This document shows positions 38,641 through 48,703 of a DNA stretch of 58,117 nucleotides, piece after piece. The stretch spans positions 1-58,117 of the IMG/VR virus record IMGVR_UViG_3300027007_000030; one strand, written 5' to 3'. The translations under genes were made by a program, and so were the position numbers. A model generated the notes under the pieces. The model did not search any database. It was given only the letters and a program-made list of their open reading frames with translations, and was not told the origin of the DNA. Positions within the stretch are counted from its first letter, which is position 1, and each line of letters opens with the position of its first letter. Source of the DNA: a virus. Its lineage: Duplodnaviria > Caudoviricetes.

Positions 38641-39603
38641 ATGTCCACAGACCTATCAGAGTCTTTAACATCGCCTAACACCAATAAAGGTCAACAACAA
38701 GGCTCAGACATGACAGACTCCGACACTTCCGATGAGACGGCTATCGCGCCTGCAAACGACGGCGCGTCACTGGTCGTGGAGGAAGGGCGGAGCGTGGAAA
38801 TCATCGACGAGACACCCGTGAACATGCTGATTCGCGTCTACGAGGACGATGGGTCAGCCAGTACGACCAACGTGTCGAAGAACGCCCGGAACGAGCTCCT
38901 GTACAAGCACGGCCTGTACGACCTGGTCTACGGCCAGGGCGAGCAGGTGCTGGTGCTGAACCAGGACCCCTACGCGGCGATCGCTTCGCATGAACAGAAG
39001 GCTACGTTCACGGTGTGGGTTAACGACGACCCGCCGATAGAGACGCCCCCCGGAATGGAGGAGGACGTGCTCGGGGCGGTCCGTGACATGAAGGTCAGCG
39101 ACGGCGATTCGATCGCCCCGTTGACGGCCATTCACGCGACCATCCTCGATACGCAGGTCCGCCGACACGTCATCAAATGCCTCCTCGACGTCGCCCCGTT
39201 CTCGGCCTTCGCCGAGCGCGGGTCGATCCAAGAGGACGAGCGCGGCTGGCTACTCCACGATCAGCTCCTGCTGACGTGGGAAGGCGAGTTCCGCAACCAG
39301 TCCAACGAGGAACGGCGCTACGAAGTGTCGGGTTCCGGGGTGCGCGAAGTAGAGAGTGTCAACGAAGCGTTCCAGCTGTCGCGGCGGTCGGGTCAACAGG
39401 ACGTGACCAGCTACGACAGCGACGAGCCATCCACAGACCCGGACGATCACGTCACCGTAGAGTTCGAGGGTGTCACGCACACCTTCGGCAAGAAGGAAGT
39501 CGAGTTCGTCTCACGAGTGGTCTGGGCGCTCAAGAACGTCCGCCCACGCGGTCCCGCTGGCGATGCGGCCCTCCCGTCACCTGATCAGGAGACAACCGAA
39601 TGA
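38641..39603 (+). CDS. Hypothetical protein following the GHKL ATPase
   Basis: Long acidic ORF; alternative start at 38710. Confidence 0.65.
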   Translation: MSTDLSESLTSPNTNKGQQQGSDMTDSDTSDETAIAPANDGASLVVEEGRSVEIIDETPVNMLIRVYEDDGSASTTNVSKNARNELLYKHGLYDLVYGQGEQVLVLNQDPYAAIASHEQKATFTVWVNDDPPIETPPGMEEDVLGAVRDMKVSDGDSIAPLTAIHATILDTQVRRHVIKCLLDVAPFSAFAERGSIQEDERGWLLHDQLLLTWEGEFRNQSNEERRYEVSGSGVREVESVNEAFQLSRRSGQQDVTSYDSDEPSTDPDDHVTVEFEGVTHTFGKKEVEFVSRVVWALKNVRPRGPAGDAALPSPDQETTE

Positions 39604-40133
39604 GCTACGATTTCATCGACGACGGCGCGCGCCGAGACGACCACCGATACGGGCACGAAGTGCAGGATCCGTCCTGGTGGGGCCTCGGCCAGCACAGAGA
39701 GGAAGACAACACGGACTGGGACGAAGTGATCGCAGAGGTCGAAGACGCGGTCGCCGACGTCCCCGGCATGGAGTCCCTGCTCGACGAGGCTGAATCGATC
39801 GCCTCGTCCTACAGAGACTTCGGCTTCGAGTGTCCCGTGTGCGGACTCCGCCACGGGCACTCGACGGACAAGCACGACGTTCGCGATTTCTTCGCCGTGC
39901 GCGAAGACTTCGTGGACAAGATGAACTACACGCCGTACTGTCACTGCGGCGTGCACGAGCTCGCGCGACTGCTCAACTACTGGCGCTCCATCGAGATCGA
40001 CGTGTTCGAAGACCAGGACGATGCTGGCTTCGACATCGACTCGCGTAAGCGCAAGGTCAAGCAGGCCGCCGGATCGGCCCCGATCCCCGACAGTGTGCGC
40101 AACGAGCTCGACGACACCCTGGGATCAGCGTAA
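39600..40133 (+). CDS. Hypothetical Cys/His metal-binding protein
   Basis: CPVCGLRHGH...H...CHCG; ATGA-coupled. Confidence 0.65.
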   Translation: MSYDFIDDGARRDDHRYGHEVQDPSWWGLGQHREEDNTDWDEVIAEVEDAVADVPGMESLLDEAESIASSYRDFGFECPVCGLRHGHSTDKHDVRDFFAVREDFVDKMNYTPYCHCGVHELARLLNYWRSIEIDVFEDQDDAGFDIDSRKRKVKQAAGSAPIPDSVRNELDDTLGSA

Positions 40134-40299
40134 CTCCGTCCCACGCGGTCCCCAACGCGTTCCTTTTGTTAGATTACTCAATCTCCCCATAGTCACATCT
40201 CAATCGTCTCTCCGACGATCCTACGGCCTCCTGTGACCGCCTCTCGATGCCACCAGAAACGGGTCCGGATTTCCGCATTGACGCACCGCCCGCGTGCCA

Positions 40300-40686
40300 T
40301 CACACTGGAGACGCGGCGGCGGGAACCTCGACGGCCCCAGGCTCGATATAACAGACGTCACAGGACTCGATAGGTCGCTTGGTCCCGGAGAAGACGAAGT
40401 GATTGTAGACGTACGGATTGTAGACGACGAACCGCGTCGGTTCGCCGGCCAGAAACGCACTGTCCCGTCCCTGCTCGTCGTACCAGTTGCCACGAACGAA
40501 CGCATGTACGTTCCGTCGGCCCTCGTCACGAGCGCGCTTGAGACCGGCCGGCTGCACGACAAACTCCACGTCATGGACGACGATCGAATCGACGTGTGCG
40601 ATCACGCGACCGTACCGCTCGTAGGGCTCGCGTGACCGGACGCTGAGACAGTCCTGGTGAAGGTTCTGGTAAATGTCCACCTTCAT
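40300..40686 (-). CDS. Conserved phage-type hypothetical protein (YxNLH...SV...GRV..H...RNVHA family)
   Basis: MKVDIYQNLHQDCLSVRS...GRVIAH...GRRNVHAFVRG...YNPY recalls a widespread bacteriophage protein; divergent from 40748. Confidence 0.65.
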   Translation of the reverse strand: MKVDIYQNLHQDCLSVRSREPYERYGRVIAHVDSIVVHDVEFVVQPAGLKRARDEGRRNVHAFVRGNWYDEQGRDSAFLAGEPTRFVVYNPYVYNHFVFSGTKRPIESCDVCYIEPGAVEVPAAASPV

Positions 40687-40747
40687 ATGCTCTACCAATG
40701 CACATGGGGCCGGAAGCTATAAAATGAGCGTCTGCTTATAATACCAT

Positions 40748-41779
40748 ATGCCTGAAACCGAGGGCACAGAACCGGAAGACACAGACGACATTGACTTCGA
40801 CGAGATAGAAGACATGTCAATAGAAGATCTGCAAGCAGACGTCGAGGGCGATGTCGACATCGGGTTCGACTCGGGCGTCGACATCTACGAGCCAGTAAAG
40901 CTCCCGCTCAACGAGCTGACCGCGAACAACTGGAACCCGAACGAGATGTCCTCGGACGAGTTCAACCGGCTGTGTGAGAACATCGAAGACGACGGGTTCC
41001 TCGCGCCGATCCAGGCCGTTCCCGTCGACGAGGATGGGGAAAACATCCAGTTCGACGAGGATGTCTCCCCGGCGGACATGGTCGAGGAGATGGACCACGC
41101 ACGTATCGTCGGTGGAGAACACCGATGGAGCGCGTCCAAAGTCGTCGGACTGACCGAGCTTCCCGTCATCCTGGTCCCCAACAAGGACGAGGAGTGGGAG
41201 AAACTCGCGACCGTCAGGATGAACGCGATCAGCGGGTCGATGGACCCGATCCAGTTCGCTGAGCTCGTCGAGGAGCAGCGAGAGAAGTATGACGATGACC
41301 GACTCAAGCACATGCTCGGGTTCGCTGGTGACGATACGTTGTTCGACAACGTTCTGGACGACATCAAAGAGAACGTCCCGGAGGAAGTCAAAGAGGAGCT
41401 CGAGGAAGCCGAGGACGAGATCGAGACGATAGAGGACCTCTCCGAAGTGCTGAATCGTATCTTCCGCGAGCACGGTGAGGAGCTCGACTACCACTTCATC
41501 ACGTTCGCCTACGGTGGGAAAGACAACGTGCTGTACCAGACAGACGACGACCTGTGGTCCAAGGTGATCGACATCAACGACCGCATGAAGTCACTCGACG
41601 CGAGTGCAACGGAGTTCTGGCGCCACATGCTCCGTAACGGCCCCGTCGACGAGGCGCTCGAGGAGGCTGAGGGGACAGCCGACGTGGACATGGGCGACGT
41701 CGCTGACGACCCGGATGACCAGATGGGCGACCTGGAGCCCGGCGACCTGGACCACTCTGTCGACGATGTCGATGCCTGA
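40748..41779 (+). CDS. ParB/Srx N-terminal domain protein
   Basis: NNWNPNEM...L..NI..DGFLAPI...IVGGEHRWSA. Confidence 0.85.
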   Translation: MPETEGTEPEDTDDIDFDEIEDMSIEDLQADVEGDVDIGFDSGVDIYEPVKLPLNELTANNWNPNEMSSDEFNRLCENIEDDGFLAPIQAVPVDEDGENIQFDEDVSPADMVEEMDHARIVGGEHRWSASKVVGLTELPVILVPNKDEEWEKLATVRMNAISGSMDPIQFAELVEEQREKYDDDRLKHMLGFAGDDTLFDNVLDDIKENVPEEVKEELEEAEDEIETIEDLSEVLNRIFREHGEELDYHFITFAYGGKDNVLYQTDDDLWSKVIDINDRMKSLDASATEFWRHMLRNGPVDEALEEAEGTADVDMGDVADDPDDQMGDLEPGDLDHSVDDVDA

Positions 41780-41906
41780 GTGCTGGGTCTGCGGCGAGAC
41801 GGCGACTCACCGCGAGACGAAGCCACCGTACGAGTATCTCTGCTCGGACCACGCAATCAGCATCGACGCGAACCCCATCAAGGACATGCCACCAGACGCG
41901 AAGTAG
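41772..41906 (+). CDS. Zinc-finger microprotein (44 aa)
   Basis: MPECWVCG...YLCSDH. Confidence 0.5.
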   Translation: MPECWVCGETATHRETKPPYEYLCSDHAISIDANPIKDMPPDAK

Positions 41907-42063
41907 ACATGGCGTTGCTGGTGGCATCGAGCTGGTTTTGGTAACTGTTCTGACCTATAAGATAACAGAAAACTTCATTACCCTAAACCGCCTACATAAC
42001 ACTATCCAACCTTCCGTGGTTGGAGTGTCGCGTAATGAACTATAAGCAAATGGAGGAGAACCG

Positions 42064-42222
42064 ATGAGCCGTGCGGCCGCCGAGTCCGGCTCGGACGGGA
42101 ACTTCGAGTGTGGGGCGCCGCGTGAGGACGGCAAGCCCTGCGAGTTCCCTGTCGCCGCCGCGGGCGTACGGTGCGCCCACCACCGGAACATCCCCAACTG
42201 GATTCTGGAGATTGACCTATGA
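42064..42222 (+). CDS. Zinc-finger microprotein (52 aa)
   Basis: GGAGGAG SD; CGAPREDGKPC...RCAHH. Confidence 0.55.
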   Translation: MSRAAAESGSDGNFECGAPREDGKPCEFPVAAAGVRCAHHRNIPNWILEIDL

Positions 42223-42728
42223 ACCGCTACCGCAAGGGTGGCCCGATGGACGACGTCGCGAACAACATCCGTGCTGAGCAGATGGCGGACGCTGCGCCGT
42301 CAGCAGCTGAAGCCGAGCAGATGCATCGAGACTTTCTCCGAGAGGAGGGGTGTCGAGTGTGTGGCGAGAGCGACCCGGACGAACTGACCGTGGTGATGGC
42401 CTCGACCGGCCATAACTGCAAGGCACACCAGCACCCGGGCATCCCGGACCCACAGGTGTTCTGTATGGAGCACGAGCGCCCAGGGAGTGTTCTCGGTCGA
42501 GCGAAACTCGTCCAGCGTGCTCGGAACAATGGCGCGGTGGCGATGGCGATATTCGACTGCGGGATGGTCGACTACGCTCAGAGGCCCGAGGTTCCAGAGA
42601 GTCGGAAAGGACCCGGGTTCGAGAGTTGGAGCGACGTTCCGCCGACCCACCGACCGATTCCCGACGTGGGCGTCCGATGCCGGTGTGGTGCCGAGATTGA
42701 CGAGGTCGTCTACCTGGAGGACGCATGA
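42219..42728 (+). CDS. Cys-rich hypothetical protein
   Basis: CRVCG...FCMEH...CRCG; ATGA-coupled. Confidence 0.6.
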   Translation: MNRYRKGGPMDDVANNIRAEQMADAAPSAAEAEQMHRDFLREEGCRVCGESDPDELTVVMASTGHNCKAHQHPGIPDPQVFCMEHERPGSVLGRAKLVQRARNNGAVAMAIFDCGMVDYAQRPEVPESRKGPGFESWSDVPPTHRPIPDVGVRCRCGAEIDEVVYLEDA

Positions 42729-43087
42729 AGGCCGTCACGGAGATCATCCAGGCCAACGGGTTCGAGTCGGTCGACGACATGGAACTCGGCGACCACATCT
42801 CGGTCAAGGTTCCGGGACTCATGGAGCTCGTGGTCGAGAAGGTCCTCGACGACACGGTCAGTGTCGCTCACTACTGGGAACAGAACCGCGATCTGATGCG
42901 CGACCCGGAGATCGTCTTCAAGGTCGAGGACGGAGAGTGGACGCCAGTCGAGTACATCCAGGACCCTCGCGTCCACCGACACGATCCGGACGGTCTCGAC
43001 CTCGGCATCTTCCCCGGCGAGTGGGACAAGACGCTCCGCGACCAGGGCTTCGTCGACGCCGCCCAGGAGGAGCCTGTCGATGGTTGA
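42725..43087 (+). CDS. DUF6908-like protein
   Basis: M.LVVE...SVAHYWEQNRDLMRDPEIVF...W...L..QGF. Confidence 0.65.
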   Translation: MKAVTEIIQANGFESVDDMELGDHISVKVPGLMELVVEKVLDDTVSVAHYWEQNRDLMRDPEIVFKVEDGEWTPVEYIQDPRVHRHDPDGLDLGIFPGEWDKTLRDQGFVDAAQEEPVDG

Positions 43088-43640
43088 TCTCGACCGCATC
43101 GACTACGGCGAGCTCTCGATGATCAAACTCTCCCGAGCTCTGACCGACCCGATCATGGTCGACAGGCGCGGGACCGGGAACGGATACGGGCCGGACAGCG
43201 CAGTGGTCGCCGACATCCGACAGGCCCGGATGCTCCAGAACATGGAGACTGACGTCGACGTGCCGATCAAGCGAGCGACATGGCCCGAGACGTGCTCGGT
43301 CTTCAGCTCGCTCTCGCTGGCGGTACCGCTCACCGCTGACGCGACGGACATGTACATGTGGGCGTTCTACAAGTACCTCACCGGCGTCCGCGGACTCGAC
43401 GAAGACGAGCTTCCAGAGCCGGCGGCCTCGGCCGAACCGCCAGACGAGCACCTCCGTGAGAAGCTGGAGTCGCTTCGCAAGCAGATCAAAGTCGATCGGG
43501 ATACGTGGTTCATCGAGAACGCGTATGACCCGGAGTGGTCGGTCCCGAAGGCGTTCTGGACGGAGTGGCATTCTGGCGGCGCGTTCGACTACGACGATGT
43601 CGACTACGAGGCATCTCCCCTGGGAGCATTCGATGAGTGA
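43080..43640 (+). CDS. Hypothetical protein
   Basis: Acidic ORF overlapping both neighbours. Confidence 0.6.
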   Translation: MVDLDRIDYGELSMIKLSRALTDPIMVDRRGTGNGYGPDSAVVADIRQARMLQNMETDVDVPIKRATWPETCSVFSSLSLAVPLTADATDMYMWAFYKYLTGVRGLDEDELPEPAASAEPPDEHLREKLESLRKQIKVDRDTWFIENAYDPEWSVPKAFWTEWHSGGAFDYDDVDYEASPLGAFDE

Positions 43641-43863
43641 CGACACCTGTCGCTTCCCGAGGTGCGACAAGCCGCGACGGGAACGCGGTGAAATCGAGTA
43701 CCCGGATAGCGACGTAACGGCAAGCAACGGAGAACCGACCCGCGTCTCACTGTTCGGAGCGAAGTTCTGCTCGATCTACCACGAGCTGAAGTTCGAGAAA
43801 CTCCGCGACGAGGCGCGCGAAATAGAGTACGAAGAACGGGAGGCTGAACGCAATGGGTGGTAG
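43633..43863 (+). CDS. Small Cys/His protein
   Basis: MSDDTCRFPRC...FCSIYH. Confidence 0.5.
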   Translation: MSDDTCRFPRCDKPRRERGEIEYPDSDVTASNGEPTRVSLFGAKFCSIYHELKFEKLRDEAREIEYEEREAERNGW

Positions 43864-44080
43864 CCACCTCGGGTGTCCACACTGTAAGACCCAGTCGTTC
43901 ACGATCCTCGAGATCGAGGGCTGGCAAGAGAAGGCATCGTTCGCGCAGACGGAGGACGGTGCGAGCTACTGTCTCGAAGCGAATAGCGTCACCGTTACGG
44001 GATACAACGAAGACCGTCTCCGATGTAACGGCTGTGAGAAGGTCGTCTCCGAGGAGGAGCTGGTGGAGGTGGGCCGATGA
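43853..44080 (+). CDS. Zinc-ribbon microprotein
   Basis: CPHC...CNGC. Confidence 0.55.
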   Translation: MGGSHLGCPHCKTQSFTILEIEGWQEKASFAQTEDGASYCLEANSVTVTGYNEDRLRCNGCEKVVSEEELVEVGR

Positions 44081-44205
44081 GAGTGCTTCGCTGCATCAGC
44101 TGCGGGTTCCTCGACGCATCGACCCCGACGACGCACGCGGACGGCGACGAATGTTCGCAGTGTGGGTCGACGAACACGAGAGGAACGATACTGAGGGAGC
44201 TATGA
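44077..44205 (+). CDS. Zinc-ribbon microprotein (42 aa)
   Basis: MRVLRCISCG...CSQCGS; ATGA overlaps at both ends. Confidence 0.55.
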   Translation: MRVLRCISCGFLDASTPTTHADGDECSQCGSTNTRGTILREL

Positions 44206-44591
44206 GAGAGAACTCGGAGCCGAAGACGATGCTTCAGTCCTACTGGGAGCGCGGCGAGTTGTACATGAAGAACCCGCTCGCGTACGAGGCGACGCAGGTG
44301 TTTCACTACTACGCTCGGAAGGTCCACGACGACTTTTTCGACGAACAGAAACACCGGGCGGTGACGAATCTCGCACTCAGTGCGTCGAACGGGTTTCACG
44401 AAGACGGCGTCCTCGCCGAACACGTCCGCGTCCCATTCGCCAAAGATCAGCAGATGGTCGCACTCGCCGTTGAGTTGCTGACAGAGAAGCTCGAACTGTA
44501 CGACGACACCGAGGCTGGAATCCCCTACCGGATTGAGATGTACCGCGACGAACTACTGCGCCAGCACAAGAAGGTGAGTATTGGTGAGTGA
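44202..44591 (+). CDS. Hypothetical protein
   Basis: ATG at 44202 (MRENSEPK...). Confidence 0.55.
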   Translation: MRENSEPKTMLQSYWERGELYMKNPLAYEATQVFHYYARKVHDDFFDEQKHRAVTNLALSASNGFHEDGVLAEHVRVPFAKDQQMVALAVELLTEKLELYDDTEAGIPYRIEMYRDELLRQHKKVSIGE

Positions 44592-44835
44592 CCACGACGC
44601 GGAGGTACTGGTCAAGAAACCCGACGACTCACGAGTCCCCGACACGGGACTGGTCGTCTGGAGTTGGACGGACGGAAGGCGGACGGTGACACCCACGGAA
44701 CACGAAGAAATGACACGCGTGATAGCAACAGCAGAGGGGCGGTTCGATCTGACCGAGCTGGCGTCTGGCGATGTTCTGGCTCGCGTCTGGATGGACTCGA
44801 ACGAGCGTATACGCGACGTTGACTGGTTACGATGA
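44581..44835 (+). CDS. Hypothetical protein
   Basis: Fills the gap in a coupled operon; start codon uncertain (TTG/GTG). Confidence 0.45.
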   Translation: MVSDHDAEVLVKKPDDSRVPDTGLVVWSWTDGRRTVTPTEHEEMTRVIATAEGRFDLTELASGDVLARVWMDSNERIRDVDWLR

Positions 44836-45128
44836 TCAACCTCGAGTTGATCAACCTCCGGGTGATCTATCGCTGTCTCGACTGCAATCACGAACAGGAC
44901 CTGTACCTCCCGGACCCCGACCTGAAATCGATGTTCCCCGACCACGAAACGTGGATGATCGATGGCGGAGCACATGGAGCGTCGATAGTGGTCAAGTTGA
45001 ACTGTCCGGAATGTGCGTCAGGGTCGTTCTACGCGATGGAAGGGAACCCTGGCGAAGACGTTCTCGTGGACGAGTTCGGCATCGTCAGCGACCTCGAGTG
45101 TTTCGAAGAAAAGCGCCACCTGTCCTAA
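44832..45128 (+). CDS. Zinc-ribbon protein
   Basis: CLDC...CPEC. Confidence 0.55.
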   Translation: MINLELINLRVIYRCLDCNHEQDLYLPDPDLKSMFPDHETWMIDGGAHGASIVVKLNCPECASGSFYAMEGNPGEDVLVDEFGIVSDLECFEEKRHLS

Positions 45129-45334
45129 CTAACGATAGACGAGCAGTAAGGAGAGTATTAGTTAGGACAGTGCGCTCCCCGGCCCGACAGTCACACATAC
45201 AATCATTGATACAATAGACCATGATCTGTGCGGAAAGCGGGTACCTCGGACGAATAGGAGAATAGCTTATGGTTCTCGATTTGTTATATGTTGGTAATGC
45301 AGAACGCGCACTCGATGCCACCAGAAACGACCGC

Positions 45335-45396
45335 CCGGCGACAGTGTTCCCGGGCCATGGCCCCTACCCCGTGGAGTGTTCATACGAGGTTCCGGG
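45335..45396 (+). repeat. ~60-bp intergenic repeat family, copy E
   Basis: CCGGCGACAGTGTTCCCGGGCCATGGCCCCTACCCC...TCCGGG, flanked by inverted GATGCCACCAG motifs. Confidence 0.65.
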
Positions 45397-45447
45397 CACT
45401 GCTGGCACACGCTACTGGTGGCATCGGGTTCATCGGGGGGAATACGG

Positions 45448-47025
45448 GTGTCTACTGAGGAAATCGACCTGAAATCGGACGCTCAATGGAGCTTCGACAA
45501 CGGTCTCAGAATCCTCCACATGCCCGTACTGTCGGCCTCGAACATGATCGAGGCGTCGCCGGCGTTCAACTGGCTCCGACAGGCCACACGGTGGATGGAC
45601 AGGTACTACGATTTCCCGGTGTACTGGCATATCCTCTGGGCCGACACCGACCAGGACGAAGCCCGGTATCGATACAAGTGGGAGAACCTCGACGAGATGG
45701 CCTGGATTCACAACCGGGACGACATGGAGCTGATCAAGATACCCTTCCACGCGACCCAGTCGACCGACTCGGGGATGTGTACCCGGGAGATGCGTGAAGT
45801 GCTGAACATGGGCGAGGGTGAGCGGTTCTACGATGTGATCTGGAATCAGCGGCCGGCGAACACGGTCGAGCTCATGGGTCAGGTCAAATCGCGGCGCGAG
45901 GAAGACGATGTCCTCCCACCGATCGTCAACACGGCGCAGATCGCCCCGAAGACCAGCAAGACGTTCTCTCACTACGACCAGCTCAGACTCGCGTCTGGAA
46001 TGCTCGGGCCGTCGACCTGGAACATCTACGAGTCCGAACACCAGCTCATGTGGACGCTGGACGTCCTGCGGAAATACTTCAACGGGAAGACCCTACAGAA
46101 GTTCCGCGAGCGATCGAGCGTCGTGCAGCCCGGGATCGACATCGACTATATCGACGAGGTGACCGGCGACGTCGAGCCCCAGGATGACCCGGTGATCATC
46201 ACGTTCAACGGGAAGGTGTACACGGACCGCAACGTCGACGAGGCGTGGGAGATCATGGACATCGCCTACTCGAGTCCGTTCAACATCGAGCTCCAGGTCG
46301 TCACACCTGGGCTCGGCATCTCTGCTCGCCACACAGAGGTCGAGTTCAGTAGCAACACGGAGCACTTCAACTTCTACGAGGCACTCCCGAAGGAGGGCTA
46401 TCTGCGTCAGTCGGCGAAGGCGAAGATCATGGTCAACTCGGTGATCGACACCGACTTCAACCAGACTCTCGGGGAGGTCGTCTACGCAGGGGCGCTCCCT
46501 GTCGTCAGGGACGGCGCGTGGTCGCGACTCATGTACGGCGAGGACTACCCGTACCGCTACAATGGCAAGAAGAACGGCGCGAAGATGCTCCTCTACGTGA
46601 TCAACAACCTCGACGAGATCCGTGCGGAGTGGATGCCCAAACTCCAGGAGCGCCTCCGGACGCAGTTCCACTCGGCCCGGTGGATGTACGAGATCCTCGA
46701 CCAGTGGAACCGACTCCGCGAAGACGTCACCTGGGGAGACGAGTGGTATGACATCCCGAAATACTCCGACCGATACACGTCGGGACGACGCGAGAAAGCC
46801 ATCCTGAAGGCGCTTCATCGGTGTGACGACGTCTTCACGATGCAGGACTTCCGCGACGAGTTCAAACGCATCAGCGACAACGACACCGACATCCTCATCC
46901 CGAACGACGGTCGCTCGCCAACGCCCCACGTGCGCTACTACTGGGCGCTGAAGAAAGCGGGCGTAGTGGACCTCTGTGACGGACCGAACCCCCGCCTCGA
47001 CAAGTCGGAGTGTGACCTGTTTTGA
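45448..47025 (+). CDS. Putative GT-B-fold glycosyltransferase (divergent)
   Basis: LRILHMP...YDVIW...VVQPGID...IMVNS...FNQTLGEVVYAGALPV...Y.EMYGEDYPY-like C-terminal half; similar layout to 47270; GTG start uncertain. Confidence 0.55.
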   Translation: MSTEEIDLKSDAQWSFDNGLRILHMPVLSASNMIEASPAFNWLRQATRWMDRYYDFPVYWHILWADTDQDEARYRYKWENLDEMAWIHNRDDMELIKIPFHATQSTDSGMCTREMREVLNMGEGERFYDVIWNQRPANTVELMGQVKSRREEDDVLPPIVNTAQIAPKTSKTFSHYDQLRLASGMLGPSTWNIYESEHQLMWTLDVLRKYFNGKTLQKFRERSSVVQPGIDIDYIDEVTGDVEPQDDPVIITFNGKVYTDRNVDEAWEIMDIAYSSPFNIELQVVTPGLGISARHTEVEFSSNTEHFNFYEALPKEGYLRQSAKAKIMVNSVIDTDFNQTLGEVVYAGALPVVRDGAWSRLMYGEDYPYRYNGKKNGAKMLLYVINNLDEIRAEWMPKLQERLRTQFHSARWMYEILDQWNRLREDVTWGDEWYDIPKYSDRYTSGRREKAILKALHRCDDVFTMQDFRDEFKRISDNDTDILIPNDGRSPTPHVRYYWALKKAGVVDLCDGPNPRLDKSECDLF

Positions 47026-47270
47026 CCCGAACGATACCGCTCCCGCTCGACGACAAGACCTATCGAAAAGTGCTCATCCCGATCCTGAGCGACTATGGGT
47101 ACGGATACGGCATCTTCCAGTACGACGAGTACATGTTCTCTGACGAGGTCGACCTGAAGGTGGTCAGAGACGCGCTCTACACCAAGCACGTTGTTTACGA
47201 CGACCGGGGGTACGACGACAAGAGTCGGGCGGCCAAGCAGCTGTACGAGTGGGTCGAGGAGATCTGCTGA
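47022..47270 (+). CDS. Hypothetical protein
   Basis: TTG start overlapping the upstream stop; bridges the two GT genes. Confidence 0.5.
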   Translation: MTRTIPLPLDDKTYRKVLIPILSDYGYGYGIFQYDEYMFSDEVDLKVVRDALYTKHVVYDDRGYDDKSRAAKQLYEWVEEIC

Positions 47271-48703
47271 TGGTGCGCGTCCTCGTCGTCCCGGAGATCT
47301 ACAAGCGCAACTATCTAAGCGCCAACGGCAACCTGAAAGACGTCCTCTCGTGGATCGACGACTGGATCGAGCGCGACCCCACGACACACGTCTACCTGAT
47401 GCTCCCCCGGCGAAAAGACGTCGAGTGGGACATCGACGTGTTCGAGAACAGCCCGAACGTGACGGTCATCGCGACCCGCCGGTTCCTCCACGGCACAAAG
47501 TGGGGGTCGTTCATGTCCTTCGGGAGCTGGCGCGAGGAGCAACTAAAACAACTCGACGAGACGATCAGCGGGAACCTCGGCTACGTTGACGCGATCATCG
47601 ACCAGCAGCCCACCGGGAACGTCGAGATCTTCAAGTTCTGGAACGAGAACTGCGACTTCCGCTACGCGAAGGTCAAGCCGTTCGACTACATCCGATGCAT
47701 CCACGACCTGCGGGTCCCGTACAAGGCCCACGGGTCGCTCTATCGCAACGATTTCGACCTGCTCGGCGAGATGCTCTCGACGGCCTACGCCGATGGGACC
47801 TGGTTTCAGGCGGGGATCGACTACGACGAGTTCGTGCAGTATGGGAAGAAGCACTTCCAGTTCGCACTACTCGACGAGGTCCGAGACAACGCGATCCACA
47901 GTCTCGCTCCCATCGAGTTCGAGAAGTACGACGAGCAGTACAACGATGCGCCCAAGTACGTCCATGTCGCCGGGTCGATCCTTCCCAAGAAGAATCGGAA
48001 GGCTGTCTTCGAGACGTGTGAGTTCCTCCATCAGCGATACGATATCGAGACGATCGTGACCTCGATGGCGACCGTCGAAGACTGGTGGCACGGCGCTGAG
48101 TTCGCAGAGGTGCACGAGAAGTGCCCATACGATACCTACCAGAGCGCCCTCGCACGCGGCGACCTGGTGATTTCGGCGACCAGTCACGAGACGATGGGTC
48201 GGACGATCTTCGAGCAAGCGGCTTCGGGACAGGTGCTGGTGGCATGGTCGCGACCGTGGCTGTACGACCAGGTGCCCGAAGACTACAAGTTCGCGACCGA
48301 TTCGAAGAACGCACTCAAGAAGGTGGCCGCCTGGGTCATCCAGAACTGGGACCAGGCTGTTAGAGAGAACCGTCGCATGGTCGCTCACGCCCGCGAGGTG
48401 CGCGACAAGCCCGTCGTGGGGAAGAAGACGTATGACGATCTTGCTCGTCGCGTCGAGGAGCGCGTCGACGAATACGAGTTCCACTGGGACGAGGATGTCC
48501 TCACACAGGCCATCGGCTACATCGGTGACGACGAGTTCGGCCTCGACGAGATCAACAGCGCGACTCGTCACTTCACCGAGAGTGGGAAGCCGATCCTCGA
48601 CAACCACTTCTACCCGCTCAGTGACCTGGCACTGGCGCTGCGGAAGCTGGGATACGAGGATACCGGGACGACCCTCACACCGACGTTTAGACCAGCCAGA
48701 TGA
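47270..48703 (+). CDS. GT-B-fold (GT4-like) glycosyltransferase
   Basis: MVRVLVVP; KKN; DLVISATSHETMGRTIFEQAASG carries the Ex7E motif. Confidence 0.75.
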   Translation: MVRVLVVPEIYKRNYLSANGNLKDVLSWIDDWIERDPTTHVYLMLPRRKDVEWDIDVFENSPNVTVIATRRFLHGTKWGSFMSFGSWREEQLKQLDETISGNLGYVDAIIDQQPTGNVEIFKFWNENCDFRYAKVKPFDYIRCIHDLRVPYKAHGSLYRNDFDLLGEMLSTAYADGTWFQAGIDYDEFVQYGKKHFQFALLDEVRDNAIHSLAPIEFEKYDEQYNDAPKYVHVAGSILPKKNRKAVFETCEFLHQRYDIETIVTSMATVEDWWHGAEFAEVHEKCPYDTYQSALARGDLVISATSHETMGRTIFEQAASGQVLVAWSRPWLYDQVPEDYKFATDSKNALKKVAAWVIQNWDQAVRENRRMVAHAREVRDKPVVGKKTYDDLARRVEERVDEYEFHWDEDVLTQAIGYIGDDEFGLDEINSATRHFTESGKPILDNHFYPLSDLALALRKLGYEDTGTTLTPTFRPAR

